Positions 1 to 9,725 of a DNA stretch of 64,000 bases are shown piece by piece. A program made the position numbers and the translations under genes. Under the pieces are notes generated by a model, which made no database searches, was not told the origin of the DNA, and saw nothing but the letters and a program-made list of their open reading frames with translations. Source of the DNA: Casimicrobiaceae bacterium (GTDB lineage Bacteria; Pseudomonadota; Gammaproteobacteria; Burkholderiales; Casimicrobiaceae); the NCBI GenBank assembly GCA_035605875.1, contig DATNGN010000020.1, forward strand, positions 836-64,835, in the 5' to 3' direction. Each line of letters opens with the position of its first letter. Position 1 is the first letter of the stretch.

Positions 1-1
1 G

Positions 2-505
2 TTCCGCGAGGCTTACGGCCGCTTCCTCGCAGTGGTCGTTTCGGCGCTGATGATCGTGCTGTTCGTCGAGGTGACACTCGGTGTCGTGTTCCGCGCGATC
101 GGCGCGTCGCTCATCTGGTACGACGAGATCGCGTCGGTGCTGCTCGCGTGGCTGACGTTCTACGGCGCCGCGCTCGGCTCGCTCAAGCGCGCGCACATCG
201 GCTGCCCGGAACTCGTGCAGGCGATGCCGTGGCCGACGCGGCGCATCCTGAACATCGTCGCGCAACTGTTCGTCATCGGCTTTTTCGTGCTGCTCGGCGG
301 CGTCGGCATCGAGATCATGCCGATCCTCGCGACCGACGCGCTGGTGAGCGTCCCCGAGATTCCGATGAGCGTCGTGCAGTCGGTGATTCCGATCTCGTCG
401 GCGCTGATCGTCATCGCCGAGGTCCTGCATCTCGTCGATCTCGTGCGTGAACGCGCGCCAGCCGCGCCGACCGGAGAATTGTCGCTGTCGGAAGGACTGC
501 ACTAG
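2..505 (+). CDS. dctQ: TRAP transporter small permease (probably 5'-truncated by the window edge)
   Basis: Four hydrophobic segments and WYDEIAS..LAWLTFYGAA..HI motifs; frame is open back to position 2; lies directly upstream of dctM. Confidence 0.88.
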   Translation, partial: FREAYGRFLAVVVSALMIVLFVEVTLGVVFRAIGASLIWYDEIASVLLAWLTFYGAALGSLKRAHIGCPELVQAMPWPTRRILNIVAQLFVIGFFVLLGGVGIEIMPILATDALVSVPEIPMSVVQSVIPISSALIVIAEVLHLVDLVRERAPAAPTGELSLSEGLH

Positions 506-521
506 GAGCGCTGACGTGGCG

Positions 522-1799
522 ATGCTCGTCCTCTTCGCGGCCGTCCTTGGGCTCGTGCTGATCAACGTGCCGATCGCCGTGTCGCTCGGCATCGTCGCCG
601 TCGTCGCGATGGTGTCGACGCACGGCCTCGACGTGCTGCCGAACCTCGCCGTCGTCACGTACAACGGCGCGACGAGCTTTCCGCTGCTCGCGATTCCGCT
701 CTTCATCCTCGCCGGCTCGATCATGAACGCGTCGGGGATCTCGCGGCGCCTGATCGCGTTCGCGTCGTCGGTGTTCGGCTGGATCCGCGGCGGCCTCGCA
801 CACGTGTCGATCGGCGCGTCGCTGTTCTTCGCCGAGATTTCGGGCTCCGCGGTCGCCGACGTCGCGGCGCTCGGCTCGATCCTGATCCCCGGCATGAAAT
901 CGAAGGGCTACCCGGCACCGCTCGCCGCCGCGGTGATGTCGTCCGCGGCGACGCTCGCCGTCATCATCCCGCCGTCGATTCCGATGATTCTCTATGCGGT
1001 GATGGCCGAAACGTCGGTCGTGCAGCTGTTCGTCGCCGGCATCGTCCCGGGCATCATCGGCGGCATCGGCCTGATGGGCATGGCATACATGTTCGCGCGA
1101 CGCTACAACCTGCCGCGCGAGCACGCGTTCTCGTGGGCGAACGTGGCGAAGACGGGACGCGAAGCGCTGTGGGCATTCCTGCTGCCGATCATCATCCTCG
1201 GCGGCATCTTCGGTGGCGTCGTGACGGCGACCGAAGGCGCGGCGCTCGCGGTCGTCGCGGCGCTCTTCGTCGGGCTCGTCATCTATCGCGAGCTCGACCT
1301 CGCCGAATTGAAGCGCGCGATCATCGAAGGCGGCGTGCAGACCGCCGTCGTCATGCTGCTCGTCGCGACGAGCGCGTTGCTCGGCACCTATCTCTCCGAG
1401 GTGCAGGCGCCGCAGCACCTCGCGCAGATGGTCTCGGACATGACGCACAACAAGTGGCTCGTGCTCGCGCTCTTGAACGTGCTGTTCCTGCTGCTCGGCA
1501 TGTTCCTGCACTCGGCGGCGGCGATCATCCTGGTCGTGCCGGTCGTGATGCCGCTCGTGCGGGCGGTCGGCATCGATCCCGTCCATTTCGGCCTGATCGT
1601 CACCGTCAACCTCGGCATCGGCCAGCAGACGCCGCCGGTGGCGAGCGTGCTGATGGTCGCGAGCGCGATCGCGAAGGAGTCGATCTGGCAGGTGACGCGG
1701 GTCAACGTCTGGTTCATCGCCGTGCTCGTCGCGGTGCTGCTGCTCGTCACGTACGTGCCGGTCACCGGCCTCGGCCTCGTCCATCTGTTCTATCAATGA
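522..1799 (+). CDS. dctM: TRAP transporter large permease
   Basis: LLAIPLFILAG, ISGSAVAD, IIPPSIPMI, TATEGAA and QTPPV motifs; about 12 TM segments. Confidence 0.95.
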   Translation: MLVLFAAVLGLVLINVPIAVSLGIVAVVAMVSTHGLDVLPNLAVVTYNGATSFPLLAIPLFILAGSIMNASGISRRLIAFASSVFGWIRGGLAHVSIGASLFFAEISGSAVADVAALGSILIPGMKSKGYPAPLAAAVMSSAATLAVIIPPSIPMILYAVMAETSVVQLFVAGIVPGIIGGIGLMGMAYMFARRYNLPREHAFSWANVAKTGREALWAFLLPIIILGGIFGGVVTATEGAALAVVAALFVGLVIYRELDLAELKRAIIEGGVQTAVVMLLVATSALLGTYLSEVQAPQHLAQMVSDMTHNKWLVLALLNVLFLLLGMFLHSAAAIILVVPVVMPLVRAVGIDPVHFGLIVTVNLGIGQQTPPVASVLMVASAIAKESIWQVTRVNVWFIAVLVAVLLLVTYVPVTGLGLVHLFYQ

Positions 1800-2593
1800 C
1801 GCCGCACCCGGTCGGCGACGATCCGATTCTCGTCGCACGTGAGGGCGCGATCGCGACCGTCACGCTCAATCGGCCGCAGAAGCTCAATGCGCTGACGAAG
1901 GCGATGTGGCGCGACCTGGGCGTCGCCGTCGCTCGTCTCGGCGCCGATGCCGAGCTTCGCTGCATCGTCGTGCGCGGCGCGGGTGAGCGCGCGTTTTCGC
2001 CCGGCAACGACATCGGCGAATTCGCGCGCGAGCGATCCAACAAGGCCGAGGCGCGCGCCTATGGCGCGTTCATGCACGAAACGGCGCGCACGCTCGCCGA
2101 CTGTCCGATTCCGATGATCGCGCAGATCCACGGCATCTGCGTCGGTGGCGGCCTCGAAATCGCGGCACTCTGCGATCTGCGCATCTGCGGCGCGTCGAGC
2201 CGCTTCGGTGCACCGATCAAGAATCTCGGCCTCGTCATGGCTTACGCGGAGATGGCACCGCTCGTGCGGCTCGTCGGCCCCACCGTCGCGCTCGAGGTCC
2301 TGCTCGAGGGCCGCATCTTCGACGCCGTCGAGGCGAAGGAGAAGGGGCTCGTGACGCGCGTCGTCGCCGATGACGAGGTCGCATCCGAAGTCGCCGCGGC
2401 CGCCGCGCGAATCGCCGAGGGCGCGCCGCTCGTCGCCCGCTGGCACAAGAAATTCGCGCGCCGGCTCGCCGATCCGACGCCGATTTCGGAGGTCGAAGCC
2501 GACGAGTGCTTCGATTGCTTCGATACCGAGGACTTCCGCATCGGTTACGCGGCGTTTCTCGCGAAGCAGAAGCCGCAATTCAAGGGACGCTGA
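1796..2593 (+). CDS. Enoyl-CoA hydratase/isomerase family protein
   Basis: TLNRPQKLNAL, AFSPGNDI and GICVGGGLEIAALCDLR crotonase motifs; ATGA overlap with dctM. Confidence 0.92.
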   Translation: MTPHPVGDDPILVAREGAIATVTLNRPQKLNALTKAMWRDLGVAVARLGADAELRCIVVRGAGERAFSPGNDIGEFARERSNKAEARAYGAFMHETARTLADCPIPMIAQIHGICVGGGLEIAALCDLRICGASSRFGAPIKNLGLVMAYAEMAPLVRLVGPTVALEVLLEGRIFDAVEAKEKGLVTRVVADDEVASEVAAAAARIAEGAPLVARWHKKFARRLADPTPISEVEADECFDCFDTEDFRIGYAAFLAKQKPQFKGR

Positions 2594-3870
2594 TGGGAGC
2601 AGGCGCAACGACGCAACCGATCGCCGAGCCGACGCGCGATACATCGGCCCATCCGGGACCGCTTCGCGGCATGCGCGTGCTCGAGCTCGCGCAGATCATG
2701 GCCGGGCCCACGTGCGGAATGATGCTCGCCGACATGGGCGCCGACGTGATCAAGGTCGAGAAGCTGCCGGGCGGCGACGATGCGCGCGGCTATCGCGAGC
2801 CGCGCGTCAACGGTGTGTCGGCGCCGTTCATGATGCTGAACCGCAACAAGCGCGGCATCGCGCTCAACCTGAAGCTGCCGGCGGGACGCGACGTGCTGTT
2901 GCGAATGGTCCGCGACGCCGACGTGCTGACGGAGAATTACCGGCGCGGCACGCTCGAGAAGCTCGGACTCGGCTACGACGTGTTGTCGAACGTGAATCCG
3001 GGTCTCGTCTATTGCGCCGTCTCAGGGTACGGGCGAACCGGCCCCGCGGCCGACAAGGGCGGCTTCGATCTGATCGCGCAGGGATTCGCGGGGTTGATGT
3101 CGATCACCGGCGAGCCGGGCCGGCCGCCGGTGAAGCCCGGCAACTCGGTCGCCGACATCAATGCCGGCATCCTCGCGGCGCTTGGCGTCGTCGCCGCGTA
3201 CGTCGACAAGCTTCGCACCGGCAAGGGGCAGGTGGTCGATACGTCGCTGATGGAAGCCGCGCTGCAGCAGACCTATTGGCATGCGGCGATTTACTTCGCG
3301 ACCGGAACCTCGCCGGGCCCACTCGGCTCCGCGCACCTGCTGACGGCGCCCTACCAGGCGTTTCGCACGGGCGACGGCTGGATCAACATCGGCGGCGCGA
3401 ACCAGGCGAACTGGGAACGGATCGCCGGCGTGCTCGGCCATCCCGAATGGCGCGACGATGCTCGCTTCGCCACGAACACGGCGCGCATGGCCAACCTGCC
3501 GGCGCTCGTCGAGGCGATGAACGGCGTCCTTGCAACACGGACGAATGCCGAGTGGATCGCCGCATTCGACGACGCCGGCGTGCCGGTCGGGCCGGTACAC
3601 ACGATCGGCGAGGCGCTCGAGCATCCGCAGACGATCGCCCGCGACATGGTCGTGCCGCTATCGCATCCGCAAGCCGGCGCGACGCGCGCGTTGGGATGCC
3701 CGGTCCACTTCTCGCGCACGCCGACGCGCATCACGCGCCCCGCGCCGCTGCTCGGCGAACACACACGCGAGCTGTTGCGCGAATACGGATACGGCGACGC
3801 AGAGATCGATGCGCTCGTTGCCGACGGCGTCGTCGAATCGATCGACCGCGTGCCGTCTTCGGCCGCTTAA
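2593..3870 (+). CDS. CaiB/BaiF family (class III) CoA-transferase
   Basis: GPLRGMRVLEL, LADMGADVIKVE, NRNKRGIALNLK, ENYRRG and C-terminal APLLGEHT; TGATG coupling to the upstream gene. Confidence 0.95.
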   Translation: MGAGATTQPIAEPTRDTSAHPGPLRGMRVLELAQIMAGPTCGMMLADMGADVIKVEKLPGGDDARGYREPRVNGVSAPFMMLNRNKRGIALNLKLPAGRDVLLRMVRDADVLTENYRRGTLEKLGLGYDVLSNVNPGLVYCAVSGYGRTGPAADKGGFDLIAQGFAGLMSITGEPGRPPVKPGNSVADINAGILAALGVVAAYVDKLRTGKGQVVDTSLMEAALQQTYWHAAIYFATGTSPGPLGSAHLLTAPYQAFRTGDGWINIGGANQANWERIAGVLGHPEWRDDARFATNTARMANLPALVEAMNGVLATRTNAEWIAAFDDAGVPVGPVHTIGEALEHPQTIARDMVVPLSHPQAGATRALGCPVHFSRTPTRITRPAPLLGEHTRELLREYGYGDAEIDALVADGVVESIDRVPSSAA

Positions 3871-4616
3871 CGCATGGCGGTGCACACGTAGACGCACTTG
3901 ATGCCGTCGAAGTGCAAGTACACGCGATGCGCATCGATCTCGAGAAGCGGCGTCAGATCGTCGCCGAACCCCTCGCGCTTCCCGATGTGCAGGTACTCGC
4001 CGTCGGACGCGGGAGCAAAGCCGAGGTTGAAGCGGCGCAGGTAGTCGCCGAACGGAACGAGCTGCCCCTGCTGCCAGATCTCGACGAGACGCGCGTATTC
4101 GGGCGGCAGCTTCGGGTGCAGCTCGTCGGCGTCGATCTTCGCGAGACCGTCGGGTGCGAGAACGCGGATCACGTCGCGCAGGACGCCGATCTTGTTGCCG
4201 AAGTAAAGCCACGCGACCTGGCTCACGACGACATCGAACGACGCGTCGGCAAACGGCAGCCCGGCGGCGGCATCGCCGTAGCTGATCGCCGGCAGCGCAC
4301 GTTCGGGACTCGTATCGTCGACCGGCAAGCCGCGGTCGGCCGCGTTGCGCAGGAAGATCTCGCGATTGCCGTCGCGCGGCGCGCGATTGAGCCCGTGCAG
4401 CGCGACGCGGGCGCCATAGCGCGCGCGCAGCTCCAGAAGCGTCGTCCCGTAGCCTGCGCCGAGCTCCAGGACGCGCACGACCGGCTGCCGCGCGAGCCGC
4501 GCCTCGATTTCCGAGCAGACCGCGCCGACGCGCTGCTCGAGGTCGGCGACCCCCCGGCCGCGGTGCGCGAGCTTTTTGCGGTAGACCTCGTCGCGAAGGG
4601 TGTGCATCGTTGCCAT
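3867..4616 (-). CDS. Class I SAM-dependent methyltransferase
   Basis: VLELGAGYG motif I, LPFADASFDVV and RVLAPDG. Confidence 0.85.
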   Translation of the reverse strand: MATMHTLRDEVYRKKLAHRGRGVADLEQRVGAVCSEIEARLARQPVVRVLELGAGYGTTLLELRARYGARVALHGLNRAPRDGNREIFLRNAADRGLPVDDTSPERALPAISYGDAAAGLPFADASFDVVVSQVAWLYFGNKIGVLRDVIRVLAPDGLAKIDADELHPKLPPEYARLVEIWQQGQLVPFGDYLRRFNLGFAPASDGEYLHIGKREGFGDDLTPLLEIDAHRVYLHFDGIKCVYVCTAMR

Positions 4617-4671
4617 TGTCGGCTATCCTAGCCGGCCGCGCGCAGCACCGGGTCGACTACGGGAGGTCCGC

Positions 4672-5889
4672 ATGGAAAGACTCGCCAACGCCCGCATCCT
4701 GATCTACAGCCACGACAGCTTCGGCCTCGGCCATCTGCGCCGCTGCCGGGCGATCGCGCACGCGATCGTCGACCGCTACAAGGGCGTGTCGGTGCTGATC
4801 CTGTCCGGCTCGCCGATCATCGGCAGCTTCGATTTCCTGCCGCGCGTCGATTTCGTCCGCATCCCGGGTGTCGTCAAGCTGACGAACGGCGAATACCAAT
4901 CGCTCGGACTGCACATCGATCTCGACCAGACGATGGCGATCCGCGCGGCGATCATCCAGCAGACGGCCGAAAGCTTCCGGCCGAACCTCTTCATCGTCGA
5001 CAAGGAGCCGCTCGGCCTGAACGGCGAGGTCACGCGGACGCTGCGGATGCTGAAGGCGCGCGGCACGACGCTCGTGCTCGGGCTTCGCGACATCATGGAC
5101 GAGCCGACGCTGCTTCTGCGCGAATGGAAGCGCAAGAAGGTGCTGCCGGCGCTCGAACACCTGTACGACGAGATCTGGGTGTACGGCCTCGCGCGCTTCG
5201 CCGACCCGCTGCAGGGGGTCGCGTGCCCGGCGAGCGTGCGCGCGAAGATGATCTACACCGGCTACCTGCGGCGCAGCGTGCCGCGGCGCAGGACCAGCGA
5301 GCCGGCCGTCCATCGCGATCCGTACGTGCTCGTCACCGTCGGCGGCGGCGACGACGGCATGGCGGTGCTCGACTGGGTGCTCGCGGCGTACGAGCGCGAT
5401 CCCGGCCTGCCGCTGCGTGCGGTCGTCGTCACCGGACCGTTCATGGCGGCCGAGCAGCAGCGGCACTTTCGCGAGCGCGCCGACCGGCTCGGGCGCGTCG
5501 AGGTGCTGACGTTCGACACGCAACTCGAAGTGCTGATGGAACGCGCGGTCGGCGTCGTGGCGATGGCGGGCTACAACACGTTCTGCGAGATTCTTTCGCT
5601 CGACAAGCGGGCGATCCTCGTGCCGCGCGTGCGGCCGCGGCGCGAGCAGGTGATGCGGGCGATGCGCGCCGCCGCGCTCGGGCTCGCGCATACGCTCGAC
5701 CCGGAGGGACCGCACGAGCCGGCGCTGATGGTACGGGCGCTTCGCAACCTCGGCGAGCAGCCGCGTCCGTCGCAACTCGGCGCGCAATCGATGCTCGAAG
5801 GCCTCCACGTGATCACCGACCTCGTCGCCGAACGCGTGGGTCGGCCGACGACGCGGCGCGAGCGCGCGCTGGCCGTGCAGGCCGGATGA
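4672..5889 (+). CDS. GT-B glycosyltransferase (GT28 C-terminal-like)
   Basis: YSHDSFGLGHLRR, VTVGGGDDG, MAGYNTFCE and VPR..PRREQ; RBS GGAGG upstream. Confidence 0.9.
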   Translation: MERLANARILIYSHDSFGLGHLRRCRAIAHAIVDRYKGVSVLILSGSPIIGSFDFLPRVDFVRIPGVVKLTNGEYQSLGLHIDLDQTMAIRAAIIQQTAESFRPNLFIVDKEPLGLNGEVTRTLRMLKARGTTLVLGLRDIMDEPTLLLREWKRKKVLPALEHLYDEIWVYGLARFADPLQGVACPASVRAKMIYTGYLRRSVPRRRTSEPAVHRDPYVLVTVGGGDDGMAVLDWVLAAYERDPGLPLRAVVVTGPFMAAEQQRHFRERADRLGRVEVLTFDTQLEVLMERAVGVVAMAGYNTFCEILSLDKRAILVPRVRPRREQVMRAMRAAALGLAHTLDPEGPHEPALMVRALRNLGEQPRPSQLGAQSMLEGLHVITDLVAERVGRPTTRRERALAVQAG

Positions 5890-7058
5890 CGGCTGTTCTG
5901 ATCTATGTCCAGCACCTGCTGGGCATCGGTCACCTGATGCGGGCGCGCGTGCTCGCCGAGGCGCTCGCCGCACGCGGCTTCGGCGTGCATCTCGTCACCG
6001 GCGGCATGCCGATCGGCGGCCGGTTGCCGCAGCGGGTGGAGACGATCCAGCTGCCCCCGATCCGCGTGTCCGACGCGAGCTTCACGCCGCTTCGCGACGC
6101 GGACTTCACGCCGATCGACGACGCGTATCGCGATCGCCGGCGTGCGCTGCTGCTCGACGTCTACGAGCGTGCGCGTCCCGCCGCGGTGCTGTTCGAGACG
6201 TTTCCGTTCGGGCGGCGCTCGCTTCGTTTCGAGCTCTTTCCGCTGCTCGAGCGGATCGATGCGACGCATCCTCGGCCGCTCGTGATTTCGTCCATTCGCG
6301 AGATCCTTCAGCTCGCGCCGAAGGAGGATCGGTCGCGCGAAATGATCGACTGGGCGGCGCGCTGGTTCGATGCGATCGCGGTCCACGGCGATCCGCGCTT
6401 CGCGCGTTTCGAGGACACGTTCCCGTTCGTCGACGCACTGGTCCCGCCGGTGCACTACACGGGTTTCGTGCGCAATGACCTCGCCGCATGCACCGACGAT
6501 GCGGGCGTGCGCGACGAGGTCGTCGTGTCCGCAGGCGGCGGAGGCGTCGGCATCGAGCTCCTCGCAACCGCGCTCGAGGCGCAGCGTGTTTCGCGTTTCA
6601 GACACCTGACGTGGCGCGTGCTCGCCGGACCCAACGTTCCCGAGGCCGGCCTCGCGCGGCTGCGGAGCGTCGCATCCCCGAATGCGATCGTCGAGCGCTC
6701 GCGCGTCGATTTCGCATCGCTTTTGCGCCGTGCATTCGTCTCGATCTCGCAGGCCGGCTACAACACGGCGATGGACGTGATGGGAAGCGGCGCGCGACCC
6801 GTCGTCGTGCCGTTTACCGGCAACGGCGAAACCGAGCAGCGGGCGCGCGGCGAGCGGCTTGCCGCATTCGGACTGGCGGTCGTCGTCGACGACCGCACGC
6901 TGACGCCGGAAAGCCTCGCCGCGGCCGTCGATGACGCGGGTAGCCGCGAACGGTTTGCGCGCTGGGATTTCGACAGCGACGGCGCCGCGCGGACGGCCGA
7001 TCTCGTCACCCGATTGCTCGCGGTGCGCAACGAAGAGCCCGCCAGGACCGCTGCATGA
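5886..7058 (+). CDS. GT-B glycosyltransferase (GT28 C-terminal-like), paralogue of the upstream gene
   Basis: YVQHLLGIGHL, VSAGGGGVG, QAGYNT and ETEQ; ATGA overlap. Confidence 0.9.
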   Translation: MTAVLIYVQHLLGIGHLMRARVLAEALAARGFGVHLVTGGMPIGGRLPQRVETIQLPPIRVSDASFTPLRDADFTPIDDAYRDRRRALLLDVYERARPAAVLFETFPFGRRSLRFELFPLLERIDATHPRPLVISSIREILQLAPKEDRSREMIDWAARWFDAIAVHGDPRFARFEDTFPFVDALVPPVHYTGFVRNDLAACTDDAGVRDEVVVSAGGGGVGIELLATALEAQRVSRFRHLTWRVLAGPNVPEAGLARLRSVASPNAIVERSRVDFASLLRRAFVSISQAGYNTAMDVMGSGARPVVVPFTGNGETEQRARGERLAAFGLAVVVDDRTLTPESLAAAVDDAGSRERFARWDFDSDGAARTADLVTRLLAVRNEEPARTAA

Positions 7059-7819
7059 CGGGTTGGGCCGGGCTCGAGCGCGAGCTCGACCGCTGGCATG
7101 CGCAGGGACAGCCGGCGACGCTGTGGCTCCGCGACGACGACGCCTGCCGCGATACGCCGGCGCTGCGCCGGCTGCTGACGCTTGCGAGTTCGCACGGCAT
7201 ACCGGTTGCGATTGCAGCGATTCCCGCGACGCTCGATGCGACACTTGCCGACGCGCTTTCACGTTGTCGCGAAGCGACGCTCGTCCAGCACGGGTACGCG
7301 CATCGGAACCATGCGAGCGCGGACGAGCGCAGCGCCGAGCTCGGCGACGGTCGCGGCGTCGACGTGCGGATCGACGAGCTTCGTCGCGGTCGCGCGCGGC
7401 TTCGCTCCGAGTTCGGCGATCGCTTCGTATCGGTCCTCGTGCCGCCGTGGAATCGTGCGGGCGATGCGCTGCTGCCGTCGCTCGCGCCAGCCGGCTTCGC
7501 CGGGCTTTCCCGCTTCGGTCCCCGCGCCGCAGCGGACGCGGCGCCCGGGCTGCGGCAGGTGAACACGCACGTCGACCCGATCGCATGGCGGCGCGACCGC
7601 GCGTTCATCGGCGTCGATGCCGCGCTCGAGCGGCTCGTTGCGCATCTTGGCGCGCGGCGCGAGTGCGCATGCGACGCCGACGAGCCGACCGGCCTTCTGA
7701 CGCATCATCTCGCCTTCGATGACGCGGCATGGGATTTCGTCGACGCATTGCTCGCGCGCACGCGCCGGCATCCGGCCGCCGCGTGGCTCGACGTCGCGCA
7801 GGCGTTCGCCCTTGCATGA
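7055..7819 (+). CDS. Polysaccharide deacetylase (NodB-like) family protein
   Basis: WLRDDD, QHGYAH, VPPWN and LLTHH motifs; ATGA overlap. Confidence 0.82.
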   Translation: MTGWAGLERELDRWHAQGQPATLWLRDDDACRDTPALRRLLTLASSHGIPVAIAAIPATLDATLADALSRCREATLVQHGYAHRNHASADERSAELGDGRGVDVRIDELRRGRARLRSEFGDRFVSVLVPPWNRAGDALLPSLAPAGFAGLSRFGPRAAADAAPGLRQVNTHVDPIAWRRDRAFIGVDAALERLVAHLGARRECACDADEPTGLLTHHLAFDDAAWDFVDALLARTRRHPAAAWLDVAQAFALA

Positions 7820-7826
7820 TCGGGCG

Positions 7827-7893
7827 CCCCTCACCCGCCTCGCTGACACTGGGCTCCCTCTCCCCGCATGCGGGCAGAGGGTTGGGTGAGGGG
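7827..7893. repeat. Palindromic REP/RPE-like element, intergenic copy
   Basis: Outer inverted repeat CCCCTCACCC...GGGTGAGGGG with inner hairpin CCCTCTCCCCGC-AT-GCGGGCAGAGGG; related copies at 20572, 44751 and 46951. Confidence 0.88.
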
Positions 7894-7900
7894 GAAGCGC

Positions 7901-8554
7901 CTATTTGCGGCCGATCAGCATGAAGCGCGTGTAGCGGCGGAGCGCGCGCGCGCCGGCGAAGAGCGTTTCGCGCATCGGCGCCTGCGCACGGAACTCGGCC
8001 AGATCGCGCACGCAGTTGACGTGCTCCGGCACGGCGACATAGTCGTTCGACTGCAGCACGAGCCGCTGCCCATCGGGCACACGCGTATACCAGCGGTCGA
8101 AGCCTTCGACGTGCTCGCAGCTCGTGTTGATCAGAAGGTCGGAGACCTCCGCGGCATGATCGAGCTCGCGCATGTCGGCCGTGCGCGCCTCGAACCGGCC
8201 GGCGCGAACATGCGTCGCGTTGAGCGAGCACGCGACGTCGGCACAGCGCGGATCGATGTCGACGCTGACGACGCGGTCGATGTCGAAGCGGCGATCGTGC
8301 AGCAGCATGGCGCCCAGCGCGCCGAGCCATCCGCCGAGGATCACGACGGTGCCGTAGCGGCCACCACTCGTCGCATGCAGCGTATCGACGAGCCAGCGCT
8401 TGCTCGCCACCTGGTTTCGGTTCAGCGCGACCGCGATCCCCGGTTCCTGATGGCGGCCGAGCGTCGCCAGGATGTCGCGGACGAAGTCGCTGTCGGTGTA
8501 GACGGCAAGGCCCGCCAGGATGTCGCGATAGAACTCGTCGTCGAACGTCGTCAT
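7901..8554 (-). CDS. Class I SAM-dependent methyltransferase-like protein
   Basis: VVILGGWLG, SVDIDPRC, LLINTSCEH and LQSNDY motifs. Confidence 0.78.
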   Translation of the reverse strand: MTTFDDEFYRDILAGLAVYTDSDFVRDILATLGRHQEPGIAVALNRNQVASKRWLVDTLHATSGGRYGTVVILGGWLGALGAMLLHDRRFDIDRVVSVDIDPRCADVACSLNATHVRAGRFEARTADMRELDHAAEVSDLLINTSCEHVEGFDRWYTRVPDGQRLVLQSNDYVAVPEHVNCVRDLAEFRAQAPMRETLFAGARALRRYTRFMLIGRK

Positions 8555-8602
8555 CGGGCGTTTCCCTTGGCGGCGGCGATGCCGTATTCTTGACGCACGG
8601 CC

Positions 8603-8618
8603 TGGCATTGTGCCTGCA
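8603..8618 (+). promoter_or_regulatory. Candidate sigma54 (-24/-12) promoter
   Basis: TGGCATTGTGCCTGCA has GG-N10-GC spacing; 30 bp before the GTG at 8648 with GGAG RBS. Confidence 0.5.
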
Positions 8619-8647
8619 CGCACCGGCCCCGAAGACGGAGACTCGAC

Positions 8648-9136
8648 GTGGACGTCTCGCAGGAAGCGGAGATGCTGCGCAACGTGCCGCTGTTCAGCGG
8701 CATGTCGGCATCGGAGTTGAAGCTCCTCGCCTTCACGAGCGAGGTGCACTGCTTTGCGCCGGGCGAAATCCTGATGCGACAGGGCGACCCCGCCGATTGC
8801 GCGTACGTGATTCTCGAGGGCGAAGCCGACGTGCTGGCGCGCACGCACGCCGGCGAGTTCGTCGTCGCGACGCTCGGCCGCAACGCCGTGCCCGGCGAGA
8901 TCGGCGTTCTCACCGACGCACCGCGGACGGCGACCGTGCGCGCGACGACGCCGCTGCGCGCGCTTCGGATCTCGCCCGAGGTGTTCCTGCGCCTCGCGTC
9001 GAGCCGTCCCGATCGCGCGCTGCACGTGATGCGCCAGCTCTCGGCGCACATCGCGAACGACCTCCGCGCGCTCGCGACGCTCAAGGAAGAGCTTTCGAAG
9101 GCGCAGACGGCTGCCGCGCAGGCCGCGACGCGCTGA
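8648..9136 (+). CDS. Stand-alone cyclic nucleotide-binding (cNMP) domain protein
   Basis: LRNVPLF, GEILMRQGDPADCAYVILEG and GEIGVLTDAPRTATVRA phosphate-binding cassette; no HTH; short helical C-terminal tail. Confidence 0.92.
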   Translation: MDVSQEAEMLRNVPLFSGMSASELKLLAFTSEVHCFAPGEILMRQGDPADCAYVILEGEADVLARTHAGEFVVATLGRNAVPGEIGVLTDAPRTATVRATTPLRALRISPEVFLRLASSRPDRALHVMRQLSAHIANDLRALATLKEELSKAQTAAAQAATR

Positions 9137-9725
9137 TAGCGACCGCGAGCGGCACGTTCCAGCCGACGACAGCGAGCTTTCCGCCAGACGCAAGAACGAA
9201 GCGGTGCAGGGTCGCAGGCCGCAGCTTGACGGGCGGCTTGCCGGTCATGTCCCAGTCGGCGGCGATCGCGAGCAGCGCGCGCAGCACGCCGTTGTGCGCC
9301 ACCGCGACGATCGGCGGCCCGCGTGTGTCGACCGACGCAAGCCAGCGCGCGACGCGAATCATGACCTCGCGCGGGCTCTCGCCGCCGGGCGGCCGAAAGT
9401 CGAGTCCGCGCCGGGCGTTCGCGACGAACGCATCGCCATAGCCCGCCTCGAGTTCGTCGAGACGCGCGCCTTCCCAGTCGCCCCAGTCCATTTCGATCAG
9501 CGCCGGTGCGACGCGTGGCCTGCGCCCGCTGACGATCGCCGCCGTTTCGATCGCGCGTGCGAGCGGGCTCGAAATCCATTCGATCGGCTCGTGGAGGTCG
9601 GCCGGTAACCGCCACGTCATCGCTTCGGCGCGCCCTGCGGCGTCGAGCTCGATGTCCCGGTGTCCCTGCATGCGCCCCGCGGCGTTCCACGCGGTGCTCG
9701 CATGGCGCAGGAACGCGATCAGCAC
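9081..9725 (-). CDS. Histidine phosphatase (phosphoglycerate mutase-like)
   Basis: LRHASTAWN, SSPLARAIETA, EMDWGDWEG, PPGGES and VAHNGV. Confidence 0.9.
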   Translation of the reverse strand: MLIAFLRHASTAWNAAGRMQGHRDIELDAAGRAEAMTWRLPADLHEPIEWISSPLARAIETAAIVSGRRPRVAPALIEMDWGDWEGARLDELEAGYGDAFVANARRGLDFRPPGGESPREVMIRVARWLASVDTRGPPIVAVAHNGVLRALLAIAADWDMTGKPPVKLRPATLHRFVLASGGKLAVVGWNVPLAVAISASRPARQPSAPSKALP

